The position numbers and the translations under genes are program-made. Shown here one piece after another: positions 46,036 through 56,725 of a stretch of DNA of 64,000 nucleotides; position 1 is the stretch's first letter, and each line of letters begins with the position of its first letter. The notes under the pieces were generated by a model. It saw only the letters and a program-made list of their open reading frames with translations, had not been told where the DNA came from and ran no database searches. The stretch is from Thermodesulfobacteriota bacterium (lineage in GTDB: Bacteria > Desulfobacterota > Desulfobulbia > Desulfobulbales > SURF-16). The DNA lies in assembly GCA_040755455.1 (NCBI GenBank), contig JBFMAY010000006.1:41770-105769 (forward strand), read 5' to 3'.

Positions 46036-46524
46036 TCATTTGGCGGGAAAGAGTCGGCAGCATGGGTCGTATTTATGCGGATCGAGAACAACCTGGACGG
46101 CTAGCCGTTTGTTTGAGTTCAGTACGATCGGGCCTAAAAGATTTGCCGTCATCTCCTGGGGGTTGTTTTTAGGAATGGTGAGGATCAACAGGATATCCTT
46201 GTCATTATCAGCATTGACCCGCAGTTCCTTTAAGATCTGCCGCGGAATTTCCGGCCGGTAATCCAGTCCCGTAAGCGAGGCGGGAAGAACAACGAAAGCC
46301 AGTTGCGGATTATCCAGCGACTGCAGCCACATAAAAGGGGATTTCGGACTGTGAGATTTCAAAATAAAACGGGTGGACTCGGGAAAGCCGAGAAAGGGAC
46401 TGAGCATGGAAATAATCCGCTCCCTGTCCACGGTAATTTCACCGAACCGGCTGGTCTGCACCGTGATATTTTTTTCAGCTCCGGGCTGATCGATATCCTG
46501 TTTTTTTAATGCATTCATTGTCAT
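46036..46524 (-). CDS. fliW: Flagellar assembly factor FliW
   Basis: TSRFG, LGF, WLQS and MTANLLGPIVLN motifs. Confidence 0.92.
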   Translation of the reverse strand: MTMNALKKQDIDQPGAEKNITVQTSRFGEITVDRERIISMLSPFLGFPESTRFILKSHSPKSPFMWLQSLDNPQLAFVVLPASLTGLDYRPEIPRQILKELRVNADNDKDILLILTIPKNNPQEMTANLLGPIVLNSNKRLAVQVVLDPHKYDPCCRLFPAK

Positions 46525-46763
46525 TACTCTTTCTTTTGCAAAGGGAAAACAGCGGACAACATTGATAAATCATCAGGGGAATCCATTGCTGCCTTTTTAT
46601 TTTCTTCAAGAATGCGCAGATAAATTTCCTCACGATGGACGATGACCTGATCGGGGGCCTCGACCCCCAGCTTGACAAGACCTCCTTTGTTTTCCAGGAC
46701 TCTGATTTTGATGTTATCGGCAATGATAATCGCCTCGCCAACCTTTCGGGAAAGGATAAGCAT
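46524..46763 (-). CDS. csrA: Carbon storage regulator
   Basis: [10 protein letters not shown]...VKLGVEAP...VHREEIY. Confidence 0.96.
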   Translation of the reverse strand: MLILSRKVGEAIIIADNIKIRVLENKGGLVKLGVEAPDQVIVHREEIYLRILEENKKAAMDSPDDLSMLSAVFPLQKKE

Positions 46764-46859
46764 AGAGTGGTTCTCCTAAAGAAGTGTCCGAGTCTGCCGG
46801 GGACAGGCAAAATTGTTTCCCTTTATGACGAAAATTCAATGTTACTCTAACACTTCTTC

Positions 46860-49550
46860 CTACAAATAATCAACAAGGCTGAGCTGCATGGTTTTGGCTG
46901 CGGCGTTCAGTGCCGCCTGGTACGCAACTTCTTTGGCCTTCAGATTCAGAATGGCTTCCGTCAGATCAGTGTCCTGTTTCTCTGACAGATTTTCCTGGTT
47001 TGCCAGTTCCAGGTTGGCATAGATCTGGCTCTGAATCGTGATTCGGTTCGCCCTGGCGCCGAAATCGGAAATCTGGGTGGACAGCGAGGACAGCACGTTG
47101 TCCAGATCTTCAAGGGATTTGGTCAGTCCCTGGTTTTGCAATTCGTGGGCAGTGATGCCAAGGGTATTGAGGGTATTGCTGCTATCATCGCTGATGTCGA
47201 ATGTGTATCTGCCGGGATCGGAACTGTCGATATGCAGGTGGCCGCTGCTATCCCAACTGCCGGTCAAGCCCGGGATACCGTTAATCTTCTGGGCGATCGA
47301 TGCAGGGGTGTCAAGGGTGATGTCCACCGCGATTTTCATATCCACCTCGACCGGTGGGTAAACATCATGATCAGTCACCTTAATGGTGAAATCTCCATTC
47401 TGAAATTTTTCCTCCAGTGGATCATCAGGATCATTGAGAGAATCCAATGTCGCATTGATGTCATCTTGGGCGTAGATGCTGGTGACAAAGGTGTAGTTCC
47501 TGCCCCGCAGATAATCTTCCACGTCCTTGAGGGCCTTGAAAGCGCCGGTGTTGGCAACGGCATCCTCGCCGTTTTTGGCAATTTCTATTGCGCTTGCGGC
47601 GCCGACTTTGATTTCCGCATCATTGTACCGGTCGCCGGTATAGCGGACGTTATTGGCCAACTGGGCCACAGAGAGCACGGAAAGCTTGCCGTCACTAGGG
47701 ATATCATCAGGTTCTCCTGTTGACAGCGACCCCCCGGAAAGACCGATGGCCGTAAATCCCGGTTCTTCCCCGCCAGGAGGATAAGGGGTGGTGAGAGTGC
47801 TTTCCAGCATGAAGGTACGCTCGGACAGGAGTTGGATTGTTCCGGAATAGACCCTGTCCGCGGCGCCGGTGGGTGATGCTCCGTTTAAGCGGGTGATGGA
47901 ATTGCCGGTGGCTGTTGTTTGAATATGGAGATTGCGCCCGTCTATGGCCTTCAGGCCAAGCTGGCCGTCGGCATTGCGGGTAGCCACTATGCCGGTATTG
48001 GCCTGTTGATCGTTGATGGCGGTGAGCAGTACATTGTCGCCATCCCCATCAATAATCGCCGTCGAACCTAATGTGGCAAAGATATCAATGCCGTTGATAA
48101 TCAGATCGCCCGCACCGATGGTGCCGGCCGACACCCCCGCCGGCGCCTGCCGGAAAACCGGGGTCACTTCCGCCGTCACTCCGGTGCCGGGTATGGTCTC
48201 GCCGCTTGCGTTCACCCAGTCTTGGCTGATGCGGTTAATGGCCGCCGCTTTCGCCGCAGCTGAAGAGGAGGAAAAGACGTCCGATATCCCGTCGGAGGTG
48301 ATGGTGTCCACCGGTATGCCATTGATGGTCAGGTCGTTTGCCTCAAGCCGGGAGCCATAGACCAGGATGCCGTCGCTGACCGTATCGGCAAAACCTACTC
48401 CACCTCCACCCAGGCCGAGAATGTCAAGCACGGTGTCATCGGTATAGTTATCGCTGGTCAGTTCGAATGCTTCGGTGGACTGCAGGGAGATCTGGCCGGT
48501 ATTGCTGCCTGCGCCGACTGAATGCACTCCTGCGGCAAGACCGGATGTTGCCGCCGGGGGACCGGCAGGGTTGGCCGTCTCGGTCAGGGCGGTGATGGCA
48601 ATGTCCGACTCGTCGCCTGCCATGGCGTTGGTCAGGACGACGGTGCCGGCCGCACCGCCGTTGAGATTATCGCCGAGTTCGGCATGGACGCCCGTCTGAT
48701 CAGTGTATTGATTGAGGGCTGTAACCGCATCAGCGGCCGGATTGACCCCGGTGGTTGTGTAGTCGATGGTGACGCCGTTAATGGTGATGCTGACATCAGT
48801 GGGGTTGCTGTTGGCAGTTTCCGCCCCGCCGGCATAAAGAGTGGTCAGGGAGGCGGTGACAGGGGTTGTGCCGGCCGGCCAGGCAATGCTGTTGACGGCG
48901 GTTTTCAGGTTGTCGGCCCCGCTCATATTGAGACCTAACGTGGTGCCAGCGCTCAGCACGACAGCTCCCACATCTTCACCATTGATGAGCAGATCTCCGG
49001 CTGCAAGATCAGTGGTGCCCAAGGTGCCGGAGAGCATGGTGTCAAGAATGGGAAACTCGGAGCCGTTAATCCGGTAGCCGTCGATGTAGCCGAGCATGAA
49101 CGGCGTCGGTTCCGTTTCCGTATAGCCGGTAGTGCGGTAGCCGCCGAAGACATATTTGCCGTCCCAGCGGGTGTTGGCCAGGGTGACGGCCTGCTCGAGA
49201 TAAACATGGATCTCGTCGGCAATATAGGTTCTCGTGGTGAAAGTTTGGCTGTCATTGATGCCTGCCAGGGTTTTCGTCTTGGCCTGTGTGACCAAGTCTT
49301 TGATGCCACTGAGGGCCTCTTCAGAGGCGGCGATCATGGAGCCGCCAAAGGTGATATTCGACTGGTACTGGGTGATCTCGGCCAGGGTTGAGCGCATGCC
49401 CAGGGCGCTGACCATGTTGACCGGATTGTCCGAAATTTTCGACATCTGCAGGCCGGATGAGATCTGGCTGTTAATTTTCCACATATCGGCGGTAATCTTG
49501 TTCAGATTATTGCCGATCATACTGTATATCGTGTTGAGTGTTGTCCGCAT
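46860..49550 (-). CDS. flgL: Hook-associated protein 3 (unusually long, 896 aa)
   Basis: Flagellin-like N- and C-termini (ISSG...SDNP; GKYVFGG; YQAAL...SLVDYL). Follows flgK. Confidence 0.92.
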   Translation of the reverse strand: MRTTLNTIYSMIGNNLNKITADMWKINSQISSGLQMSKISDNPVNMVSALGMRSTLAEITQYQSNITFGGSMIAASEEALSGIKDLVTQAKTKTLAGINDSQTFTTRTYIADEIHVYLEQAVTLANTRWDGKYVFGGYRTTGYTETEPTPFMLGYIDGYRINGSEFPILDTMLSGTLGTTDLAAGDLLINGEDVGAVVLSAGTTLGLNMSGADNLKTAVNSIAWPAGTTPVTASLTTLYAGGAETANSNPTDVSITINGVTIDYTTTGVNPAADAVTALNQYTDQTGVHAELGDNLNGGAAGTVVLTNAMAGDESDIAITALTETANPAGPPAATSGLAAGVHSVGAGSNTGQISLQSTEAFELTSDNYTDDTVLDILGLGGGGVGFADTVSDGILVYGSRLEANDLTINGIPVDTITSDGISDVFSSSSAAAKAAAINRISQDWVNASGETIPGTGVTAEVTPVFRQAPAGVSAGTIGAGDLIINGIDIFATLGSTAIIDGDGDNVLLTAINDQQANTGIVATRNADGQLGLKAIDGRNLHIQTTATGNSITRLNGASPTGAADRVYSGTIQLLSERTFMLESTLTTPYPPGGEEPGFTAIGLSGGSLSTGEPDDIPSDGKLSVLSVAQLANNVRYTGDRYNDAEIKVGAASAIEIAKNGEDAVANTGAFKALKDVEDYLRGRNYTFVTSIYAQDDINATLDSLNDPDDPLEEKFQNGDFTIKVTDHDVYPPVEVDMKIAVDITLDTPASIAQKINGIPGLTGSWDSSGHLHIDSSDPGRYTFDISDDSSNTLNTLGITAHELQNQGLTKSLEDLDNVLSSLSTQISDFGARANRITIQSQIYANLELANQENLSEKQDTDLTEAILNLKAKEVAYQAALNAAAKTMQLSLVDYL

Positions 49551-49551
49551 A

Positions 49552-52077
49552 TTACACCGCCTGCAGCAAGGACTGCATCATTTCATCCGAGGAGGTTATC
49601 AGCTTAGCCGCGGCTGAGTAAGCCTGCTGAAATTTGATGAGATCTGCCATCTCTTCATCAAGGGAAACGCCGGAAGTGGCGTCCTTCATGGCGCTCATCT
49701 GATCAGTGATCAAGACGTTGTAGTCATAATCCCGGGTGACGGTCTGCCCCTTGATGCCGATTTCCCCCACCAGGGTATTGTAAAATCCGTCGAGGGTGTC
49801 ACTGCTGCCGCCGGTAAACCGGACATATTCGTTGCGCTGGATGTTGGTGATGAGCAGGGCATTGGACTGGTCGCCGCGGAAGATTTGGCCGTTTGCGCTG
49901 ACGGTTCCAGCGGCAATCTTATCAAGGTCCTCGCTGATGAAGTCATTGACGCTGATGGAATCGGCGCTGGAGCCGGTGAAGAAGGTATTGAGCCCTGCCG
50001 TGGCGAGAAAATTGGAGGTGTCGCCGCCAAAGGCAAACTGGTGATTGCTGTCCGGCGTCAGCACCAGTTTGTTGTCCTGAATCGTTGCCGCCACCCATGG
50101 GGTTGACTGGCCACTGGCGTTGATGATGGAAATATTGATGGAGTCCGCCACGTCCTGCAGGGTGTATGCCCGTTCCAGGGAAATTTCCACCGGTTGCGGC
50201 AGGGCCAGGGTGTCATCATTGTTGTAGAGCCATATGTTGAAGCTCCCGCCGTCTGTCTGCAGTTCACCCGAATAGTCGTAACCCATCATGGAAAGTAAAA
50301 CCTGGTTGTCCGAGGCATCAAAGGTAAGCTGCCCGTCGCCGCCTTCGTCGGTGCTGCTGATGTTGCCGCCACCAAGTCCCAGTTGATCCAGATAGCGGTC
50401 ATCCGTGCCGCCGTCGATATCGATCTGGCTCTGATGGGAAAAAAGCGACAGTTCGCCGGTATTATGGGTGGCGTCGGCAGCGTAGGTGCTATTGGTCAGG
50501 CCGAGTTTGAATTCGGTTGATAGCGGATCCGTGTCCAGCCCGTCGATTATGATGCGGGACTCGTCACCGGCATTGGTGTTGCGGAGAATAATGGCATTGG
50601 CCGCACCGCCGTTGGTGCCGTCGCCCACCAGGGCCTCAATGGTTATTTTTGGTATGTTTTCAGGAACATTAGTGGGATCGTTGTAATCCTGGATGGCCTG
50701 ATTGATGGCCGACACCATGTTGGCGGCCAGGGTGGCCGGATCCGTGTCATCCGGCGGCCCGGAAGTTGAGTCAACCGTATAATTGACATCGATGCCGTTG
50801 ATCTGCAAGCTGATGACCGTGCCGTCCTCGCCGGCGGCCATGGCGGTCACCGCATCGCCTGCAACCTGGGTGGTCAGCCTGGCCTGCACACCGGTAATGG
50901 CATCATTGATGGCCTGGGCGGCATTGTAAGCCTTGGTTTGGGCCAGACCGTATGATGCGGTGCCACCCTCGATCTTGCCGATTACCCGGTCATTGATGGT
51001 CAGACTGCCGGCCGGGATGGTTTCCGTTGCCAGTGCGGGATCTATGGTGCTGGTGAGCAGGGTGGTGTTTGCCGCCCGGTCGGCGCTGGTGAGCTGTTCG
51101 GAAAAAGAGGTCAGACCGACGCCCTGGCTGTGCTGCTGGTTTACTTCCCGTATCAGGGCGTTGGCCAGGGCATCAAGGCGGCCGAGATAATTTTCCGCAA
51201 CCCCTGGTTTGACCTGGTTATATATTTCCATCCAGCCGCCGATATTGCCTCCCACCTCGGCGCCGGTGCCGATAGCTGTTTTGGTCTGGGTGCCGTTGGC
51301 GTTGGTGCTGACCCAGTGCAGCTTGTCTTCCAGCCAGTCGATCTGCCATGCCTCATTGTTTTCCACCAGGGTATGGCCGTCGGCCATGAGGACGGTGTAG
51401 GCGCCGGTGCTGGTTTCGAAATAATTGACCTCCACATACTTTGACAGGTCATTAAGGAGGATGTCCCGCTGGTCGCGCAGGTCGTTCTGCTTGTTCAAAT
51501 CGGTTTCAGATGCAGCGATCTGGTCGTTGAGCTTGGCCAGCTGTTTGGTGAGAGCGTTGACATCATTGACGGCAGAGCTGAGACTGACATCAATGTCATA
51601 TCTGGTTTGCGTCAGTTCGGTGGTCATGTTGTGAAACTGATCGATAAGGATTTTGGCCTTCTGAACCGTTGAATCACGGGTGGACAGAGTTTCCGGATAG
51701 GAGGCCAGGGTCTGCCAGCTGGCCCAGAATTCGCTCATTAATTCATTGATCGCAAGACCGGGTACCTCATTGAAGGAGGTTTCCACCAGGCGCATGGACT
51801 GCTGCTGCGCCTCCAGGTTGCTCAGGGTGGAGTTCTGGCCGATCAGTCGTTTCACCATGAACTGGTCATAATGGCGGTTGATCTCCATGCCCCGGACGCC
51901 GTTGCCGAAAAAACCGATCCCCTCCGGGGTCGGCTGGGCAGGGGTAAGGGCCAGTGACTGCCTGGTGTAGCCGGGGGTATCAACATTGGCGATATTGTGA
52001 CCTGCCACGGAAACCGCCTGCTGGTGGGCAAGCAGCGCCTCTTTGGCAGTGTTTAATATCTGGGAAATGCCGACCAT
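49552..52077 (-). CDS. flgK: Hook-associated protein 1 (long, 841 aa)
   Basis: HNIANVDTPGYTRQ, NDLRDQRD and SGVSLDEEMADLIKFQQAY motifs. Confidence 0.95.
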   Translation of the reverse strand: MVGISQILNTAKEALLAHQQAVSVAGHNIANVDTPGYTRQSLALTPAQPTPEGIGFFGNGVRGMEINRHYDQFMVKRLIGQNSTLSNLEAQQQSMRLVETSFNEVPGLAINELMSEFWASWQTLASYPETLSTRDSTVQKAKILIDQFHNMTTELTQTRYDIDVSLSSAVNDVNALTKQLAKLNDQIAASETDLNKQNDLRDQRDILLNDLSKYVEVNYFETSTGAYTVLMADGHTLVENNEAWQIDWLEDKLHWVSTNANGTQTKTAIGTGAEVGGNIGGWMEIYNQVKPGVAENYLGRLDALANALIREVNQQHSQGVGLTSFSEQLTSADRAANTTLLTSTIDPALATETIPAGSLTINDRVIGKIEGGTASYGLAQTKAYNAAQAINDAITGVQARLTTQVAGDAVTAMAAGEDGTVISLQINGIDVNYTVDSTSGPPDDTDPATLAANMVSAINQAIQDYNDPTNVPENIPKITIEALVGDGTNGGAANAIILRNTNAGDESRIIIDGLDTDPLSTEFKLGLTNSTYAADATHNTGELSLFSHQSQIDIDGGTDDRYLDQLGLGGGNISSTDEGGDGQLTFDASDNQVLLSMMGYDYSGELQTDGGSFNIWLYNNDDTLALPQPVEISLERAYTLQDVADSINISIINASGQSTPWVAATIQDNKLVLTPDSNHQFAFGGDTSNFLATAGLNTFFTGSSADSISVNDFISEDLDKIAAGTVSANGQIFRGDQSNALLITNIQRNEYVRFTGGSSDTLDGFYNTLVGEIGIKGQTVTRDYDYNVLITDQMSAMKDATSGVSLDEEMADLIKFQQAYSAAAKLITSSDEMMQSLLQAV

Positions 52078-52079
52078 GG

Positions 52080-52649
52080 TCAGACCTCTCTGCTTACCAG
52101 GGAAGCGACAGAGTTCTTTCTCTGCTGCCGTCCCCGCATGCTGTAAAGACGATCACCGGCAATCTCCCCGCAGATGAGCGAAATGGCATCGTTGAGGTAG
52201 CCTAGGGTGTCGCTGGCAAAACGCTTGTTGATGAGATTGTTGCTGCTGATCTTTTCCCGCAGTGCCGCCAGCTGATCACGGTACTGTTTGACGGCAAGGG
52301 TCTGCTCGCGGGTCATGAAAGGGATCAGCTCTGCAAGTTTGATCATTTTTTTATCGTTATGCGGGTTGGTCGTGACAACCCGTCTGGCAACCTCCTGGAG
52401 GGAATGATCGAGCTGGGCAATCTTGGCAAGCTCGCTCTCTTTCTTGCGCGTCAGAGAAATCAGCGAGGCGACATCCATATTGATCAAGGCGTGCTTTTCC
52501 TCTTCCAGGATGGCGAGAAAGCCTGCGGAGATGGCAATCTGCCGTTTCAGGATATCCAGAATCAGCGGCAGCGGAAAAGCCTGTCCGTTTGGCGGTTGAC
52601 CTGGGAAATATTCAGTCTGCTCATTTTGTATCGCAGTTTGTGCATTCAT
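52080..52649 (-). CDS. flgN: Flagellar export chaperone
   Basis: Helical protein with N..N..F motif, located between flgJ and flgK. Confidence 0.78.
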   Translation of the reverse strand: MNAQTAIQNEQTEYFPGQPPNGQAFPLPLILDILKRQIAISAGFLAILEEEKHALINMDVASLISLTRKKESELAKIAQLDHSLQEVARRVVTTNPHNDKKMIKLAELIPFMTREQTLAVKQYRDQLAALREKISSNNLINKRFASDTLGYLNDAISLICGEIAGDRLYSMRGRQQRKNSVASLVSREV

Positions 52650-52993
52650 TTTTGTCCGTCCTCGCCTGCAGGAGGCTTGATTGACCGGCTTAATTGCTGA
52701 TAGAGCAGGTCGCCGATTCCCATGCCCTTGCCATGGGCCCATTCTTTTGTCATTTCTTCATCGAGCATGGATTGGTATATTTTTTCTCCGTAACTTTTTT
52801 CAAAGAGGCCGCCTTCCGGGATACTTTCGCGCATGGTGGAAAGCAATTTGTTTAACAGGATTGCCTCGAAATCCTTGCAGGCTTCCAGCAGCTTCTTTTT
52901 CTCGATGGATTCGGCAAACTGCTTCTCATTTCTATTATCGACCGACTGCAAGGTTTTCTGAAATTGAATTGATGACGGGCTGATACTTTCCAT
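52646..52993 (-). CDS. flgJ: FlgJ rod-binding domain protein
   Basis: ACKDFEAI...MR...YQSMLD...GIGDLLYQQL. No muramidase domain. Confidence 0.87.
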   Translation of the reverse strand: MESISPSSIQFQKTLQSVDNRNEKQFAESIEKKKLLEACKDFEAILLNKLLSTMRESIPEGGLFEKSYGEKIYQSMLDEEMTKEWAHGKGMGIGDLLYQQLSRSIKPPAGEDGQK

Positions 52994-54070
52994 TTAAATA
53001 ATCTCCAAATCAGCATCCAGGGCGCCTGCCGCCTTGATGGACTGCAGAATGGCAATGAGGTCCCGTGGGGTCACGCCCACGCCGTTTAAGGCGCTGACCA
53101 GATCACCCAGGGTGGCCCCTGAGCTGAGGGCAATGAGCTTATTTTCCTGATCCCGGGCCGTGATATTGCTGTTTTCCACCTCAGAAGGCATGGCCTTATT
53201 GGATACCTGCACACTCAGGTTGCCGTGGGCCACGGCAAGCTCCTTGATTTTCACATCCTTGCCCATGACAATGGTGCCGGTTCGTTCGTCAATGACCACC
53301 CGGGCGGAGCTGTCCGGCACAATTTCCAGATTTTCTATGGCCGCCATGAAGGCCACTTCACTGCCAGCAAATTTTTCCGGGACAGTGATGTTCACCGTGG
53401 CGCTGTCCTTGGCACTGGCGTAAGGGCCTTCCAGCAGAGAATCAATGGCATTCACCGCCCTGGACATGGTGGTGAAGTCCGGGGTGTTAAGGTGGAGGAT
53501 AATTTCCTGTTTGCCGGCAAAGGATACCGGTACCTCCCGCTCCACCGTCGCGCCGTCCGGTATGCGGGCCACGGTGAGATGGTTTGCCTGGACCCGTTCG
53601 TTTGTTCCGGTGTCAAATTGAAAACCGCCGATGCTGACCGGTCCCTGGCCTATGGCATATACTTTTCCGTCCAGGCCTTTCAACGGGGTGGCAATCAGGG
53701 TGCCGCCCTGCAGCGATTTGGCGTCGCCCAGGGTGGACAGGGTCACATCAATGGTCTGGCCGGTCTTGACAAAGGCGGGCAGGGTGGCGGTCACCATGAC
53801 GCCCGCGACGTTTTTGACCTTCACATCGTCCTTGTCCACATGCACACCCATGTTTTCAAGCATGTTGACCAGGGCCTGGCTGGTAAAGGGCGACTTGTTG
53901 CCGTCACCGGTCCCGTCCAGGCCGACAACAAGCCCGTAGCCGACCAGCTGATTGGTGCGGATGCCTTTTACGGAGGCAACGTCTTTCAGCCTCACCGCGC
54001 CGGCCTCGTTGAGCGGTGCAAGCAAAACACTTAGCATGATCAGCAGGATGGAAAATTGTGAGAACTTCAT
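52994..54070 (-). CDS. flgI: Flagellar P-ring protein
   Basis: NQLVGYGLVVGLDGTGD, DAKSLQGGTL and AAGALDA motifs. Confidence 0.96.
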   Translation of the reverse strand: MKFSQFSILLIMLSVLLAPLNEAGAVRLKDVASVKGIRTNQLVGYGLVVGLDGTGDGNKSPFTSQALVNMLENMGVHVDKDDVKVKNVAGVMVTATLPAFVKTGQTIDVTLSTLGDAKSLQGGTLIATPLKGLDGKVYAIGQGPVSIGGFQFDTGTNERVQANHLTVARIPDGATVEREVPVSFAGKQEIILHLNTPDFTTMSRAVNAIDSLLEGPYASAKDSATVNITVPEKFAGSEVAFMAAIENLEIVPDSSARVVIDERTGTIVMGKDVKIKELAVAHGNLSVQVSNKAMPSEVENSNITARDQENKLIALSSGATLGDLVSALNGVGVTPRDLIAILQSIKAAGALDADLEII

Positions 54071-54113
54071 ATGCACTCCTTGGCATCTATCAGATTGTTG
54101 ATCAGCTTTAAGA

Positions 54114-54128
54114 GCAAACGGTGTGCCG
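54114..54128 (-). promoter_or_regulatory. sigma54 promoter of the flgI operon
   Basis: Minus strand CGGCAC-ACCGT-TTGC(T). Confidence 0.78.
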
Positions 54129-54265
54129 TCATGTTGATGATGTGCTGAAAATTAAAAAATTAAATTAAAACGGCTTGTTATCTGTGGCGACCCATCGCAG
54201 GTTGCGACCAGGGAGAAGGGGGAGGGAAAAATTTGCCTACCCCCATCACCCTTCATGACCGCTTA

Positions 54266-54982
54266 TTAGAAAGGCCAGAGAATATCCACCCCCCTGGCCA
54301 GCCAGCCCGGCTGCTGTTTGTCGCTGAGCACCCCGGTGCCGCTGTACTCGATGCGGGCATCGGCAATATTGGTGGACTGGATGGAGTTACTGGGTGAGAT
54401 ATCCTGGGGCCGGACAAGTCCCGAGAGAATGAGAAACTGCGTCTCGTTATTGACCCGGATCTCCCGGTAGCCCTGAATCACCAGATTGCCTTCCATGGTG
54501 ACATCAATAACCCGGGCGGAAAGGGTGGCCGTCACCGTGCTGTTTCTCTCGGTCGTGCCCTTTCCTTCAAAGTCATTTTTCAGGTCAACCTCCAGGCTTT
54601 TGTCTGAAGGGGTGAAATTGGGGTTTTTGCCGCTGAGCCATTTCTCAAAGCCGAAAAACTGGGTGATGCCGGCTGCAACGCTGGATTCCCGCTCGGTTTT
54701 GGTGCGGGCGTTTTTCGCGCCGTTGGAGGTTTCGACGATTTCCACCATGACAATATCTCCCACCCGGCAGGCGCGGCTGTCCTTGTAAAGATCCATGGAC
54801 TGCTCGGTAAACAGCGAGCCCTCCTGGGGGGCGAGCTGTTTGGTGCGGACCTCTGGCAGGCTGTAGCGGTCCGGCAGGGTGGTGCGGCTGTTGGGGTCAG
54901 AGGTGGAAACGCAGCCGGCCAGCAGGAGCATGCCGACCAGACCGGCTGAAAAAGCTTTCCGCAATGATTGTTTTTTTTTCAT
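54266..54982 (-). CDS. flgH: Flagellar L-ring lipoprotein
   Basis: Lipobox LAGC and motifs D.RA..VGDI, SGLVRPQDI, IADARIEY, PGWL. Confidence 0.95.
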   Translation of the reverse strand: MKKKQSLRKAFSAGLVGMLLLAGCVSTSDPNSRTTLPDRYSLPEVRTKQLAPQEGSLFTEQSMDLYKDSRACRVGDIVMVEIVETSNGAKNARTKTERESSVAAGITQFFGFEKWLSGKNPNFTPSDKSLEVDLKNDFEGKGTTERNSTVTATLSARVIDVTMEGNLVIQGYREIRVNNETQFLILSGLVRPQDISPSNSIQSTNIADARIEYSGTGVLSDKQQPGWLARGVDILWPF

Positions 54983-55097
54983 AGGTTTATCCATTTTTTC
55001 TGCAAAAGAACTGCAATGTTTTATCATCCGTTAACTGGACCCGCGGTGGAGGAAATTCAGACAGCGCCGAGCCTGGCGCAGGTTTGCCAGTGATCTG

Positions 55098-55835
55098 CTA
55101 GAGATCAACCTCCACCAGGCCTTCATCAACAACCCTGGCCTGCAGGATACGGCGGCTCATCAGATTTTTCACCTGCACGATTTCGCCGATGGCCCCGGCT
55201 TTTTTTACCTCGCCCGGAGCAGATACCTGCAACCCTCCGCTTTTGGCGATGATGGTTACCAGATCACCTCTTTTTACCAGGGGTGGGTCCTTGAGCAGAT
55301 GGGCAAAGACAATGTCCCCTGCCCGCAAAGACTTGTAAAGTTGTTTGCCGATGGCCTGTTCAGGCTTTCCCAGCAGGCTGTCGCCCAGCATGGAGATATC
55401 GCGGAAATCGGTTTCAATGTCCTCGGCGCAGATAATGGTCCGGCGGGATATGGAGTGGGAGGCAAGGACCACCGTTCCCCAGAACTGGAGATTGCCATAC
55501 ATTTTTACTTGGCCGCACTCCCTGCCGTTGACGGTGAGAACAGCGGAAATAAATTTTTTGCCGGGAGAGGCGCAAAGGAACTGGTTGGTGAGACGGTAAG
55601 CGAGCTTGCCGTCCGGCACGCTGAGGGATGTCGGGTCACTTGAAAAGTCGCTGATGCGAAATTCCTCAATATGAGCTGGAATATTCTGGCGGATGATTTC
55701 CGAAAAAATATCCTGTAGCTCACCTTGGGCCAATACCTTGCCCGCCGGGTTGTCGTCAGGTCCGGCCTCTGCCCGAACAGTGAGCAGCGGCAACAAAAGG
55801 CAGCACAGGATGACCAGAAACTGGATATGACGCAT
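55098..55835 (-). CDS. flgA: P-ring chaperone
   Basis: SAF domain, PPLVKRGDLV...G..GEIVQVKN..S. Confidence 0.9.
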   Translation of the reverse strand: MRHIQFLVILCCLLLPLLTVRAEAGPDDNPAGKVLAQGELQDIFSEIIRQNIPAHIEEFRISDFSSDPTSLSVPDGKLAYRLTNQFLCASPGKKFISAVLTVNGRECGQVKMYGNLQFWGTVVLASHSISRRTIICAEDIETDFRDISMLGDSLLGKPEQAIGKQLYKSLRAGDIVFAHLLKDPPLVKRGDLVTIIAKSGGLQVSAPGEVKKAGAIGEIVQVKNLMSRRILQARVVDEGLVEVDL

Positions 55836-55839
55836 GTCT

Positions 55840-56622
55840 TTACCTTACCAGGTTGTTGGAAATTTCAAGCAGCTGGTCCGCCGTGGTGACGCCCTTGGAA
55901 TTGGATTCAAAGGCGCGCTGGGTAATAATGAGATTCACCATCTCTTCGGTAACGTTGACATTGGATGTTTCCAGCATGCTCTGGCTGAGGGTTCCCATGC
56001 CGTTAATGCCGGGGTTTTCCTCCCTGGGATCGCCCGAGGCCTCAGAGGGAAGAAAGAGGTTGCTGCCCACCGCCTTCAAGCCGGCGGGATTGACAAAATC
56101 ATGCAGTGTTACCTGCACGGAGGCAATAGTCTGCTGGGCCGCATCCAGGGCGGACAGCATGCCGCCTGAGTCGATCTGGATGGCGACGGTCTCCGCCGGG
56201 ACAGCGAATTCCGGCTGCAGGCGGTCACCGTTGCTGGTGACAATGTAACCGTCCTTGTCCAGTTTGAAGGCACCGGCCCGGGTGTAATACTCCACCCCGT
56301 CCCTGACGATCTGAAAAAAACCACGTCCTTCGATGGCCCAGTCAAGCTCATTGCCGGTCTGGGAATAGTCTCCCTGGGTGAATATTTTGTATACCGCAGT
56401 GGGCCGCACCCCCATGCCGACCTGCACGCCGGTCGGCACCTGGCCGCCGGCCACCGTCTCCGCCCCCACCGCCCGCAGGGAGTTATAAAAAAGGTCCTCA
56501 AACTGGGTCTGGCTTTTTTTAAAGCCGCCGGTGTTGACGTTGGCCAGGTTGTTGGAAATGACGTTGAGCTGCAGCTCCTGGGCGTTCATGCCGGTGGTGG
56601 AAGTAAATAATGCTCTGATCAT
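55840..56622 (-). CDS. flgG: Distal rod protein
   Basis: MIRAL...SNNLANVNT, YTRAGAF and LETSNVNV.EEMV motifs. Confidence 0.95.
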   Translation of the reverse strand: MIRALFTSTTGMNAQELQLNVISNNLANVNTGGFKKSQTQFEDLFYNSLRAVGAETVAGGQVPTGVQVGMGVRPTAVYKIFTQGDYSQTGNELDWAIEGRGFFQIVRDGVEYYTRAGAFKLDKDGYIVTSNGDRLQPEFAVPAETVAIQIDSGGMLSALDAAQQTIASVQVTLHDFVNPAGLKAVGSNLFLPSEASGDPREENPGINGMGTLSQSMLETSNVNVTEEMVNLIITQRAFESNSKGVTTADQLLEISNNLVR

Positions 56623-56725
56623 GTTTTTCTCCTGCTGTTGCGGTAATTTTTTATCATAAGCCAACAGCGGCCGTTTTTTCGGTAAAGGGAAACAATTTTA
56701 TTATGATAAAGAGTCAGGTTTCCGG

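Noticed and set aside
54224..54238. GGGAAAAATTTGCC-like motifs as flagellar activator sites
   Set aside because: Similar low-complexity motifs occur at unrelated positions (e.g. ~39091 and ~57673), so they are too weak to call.
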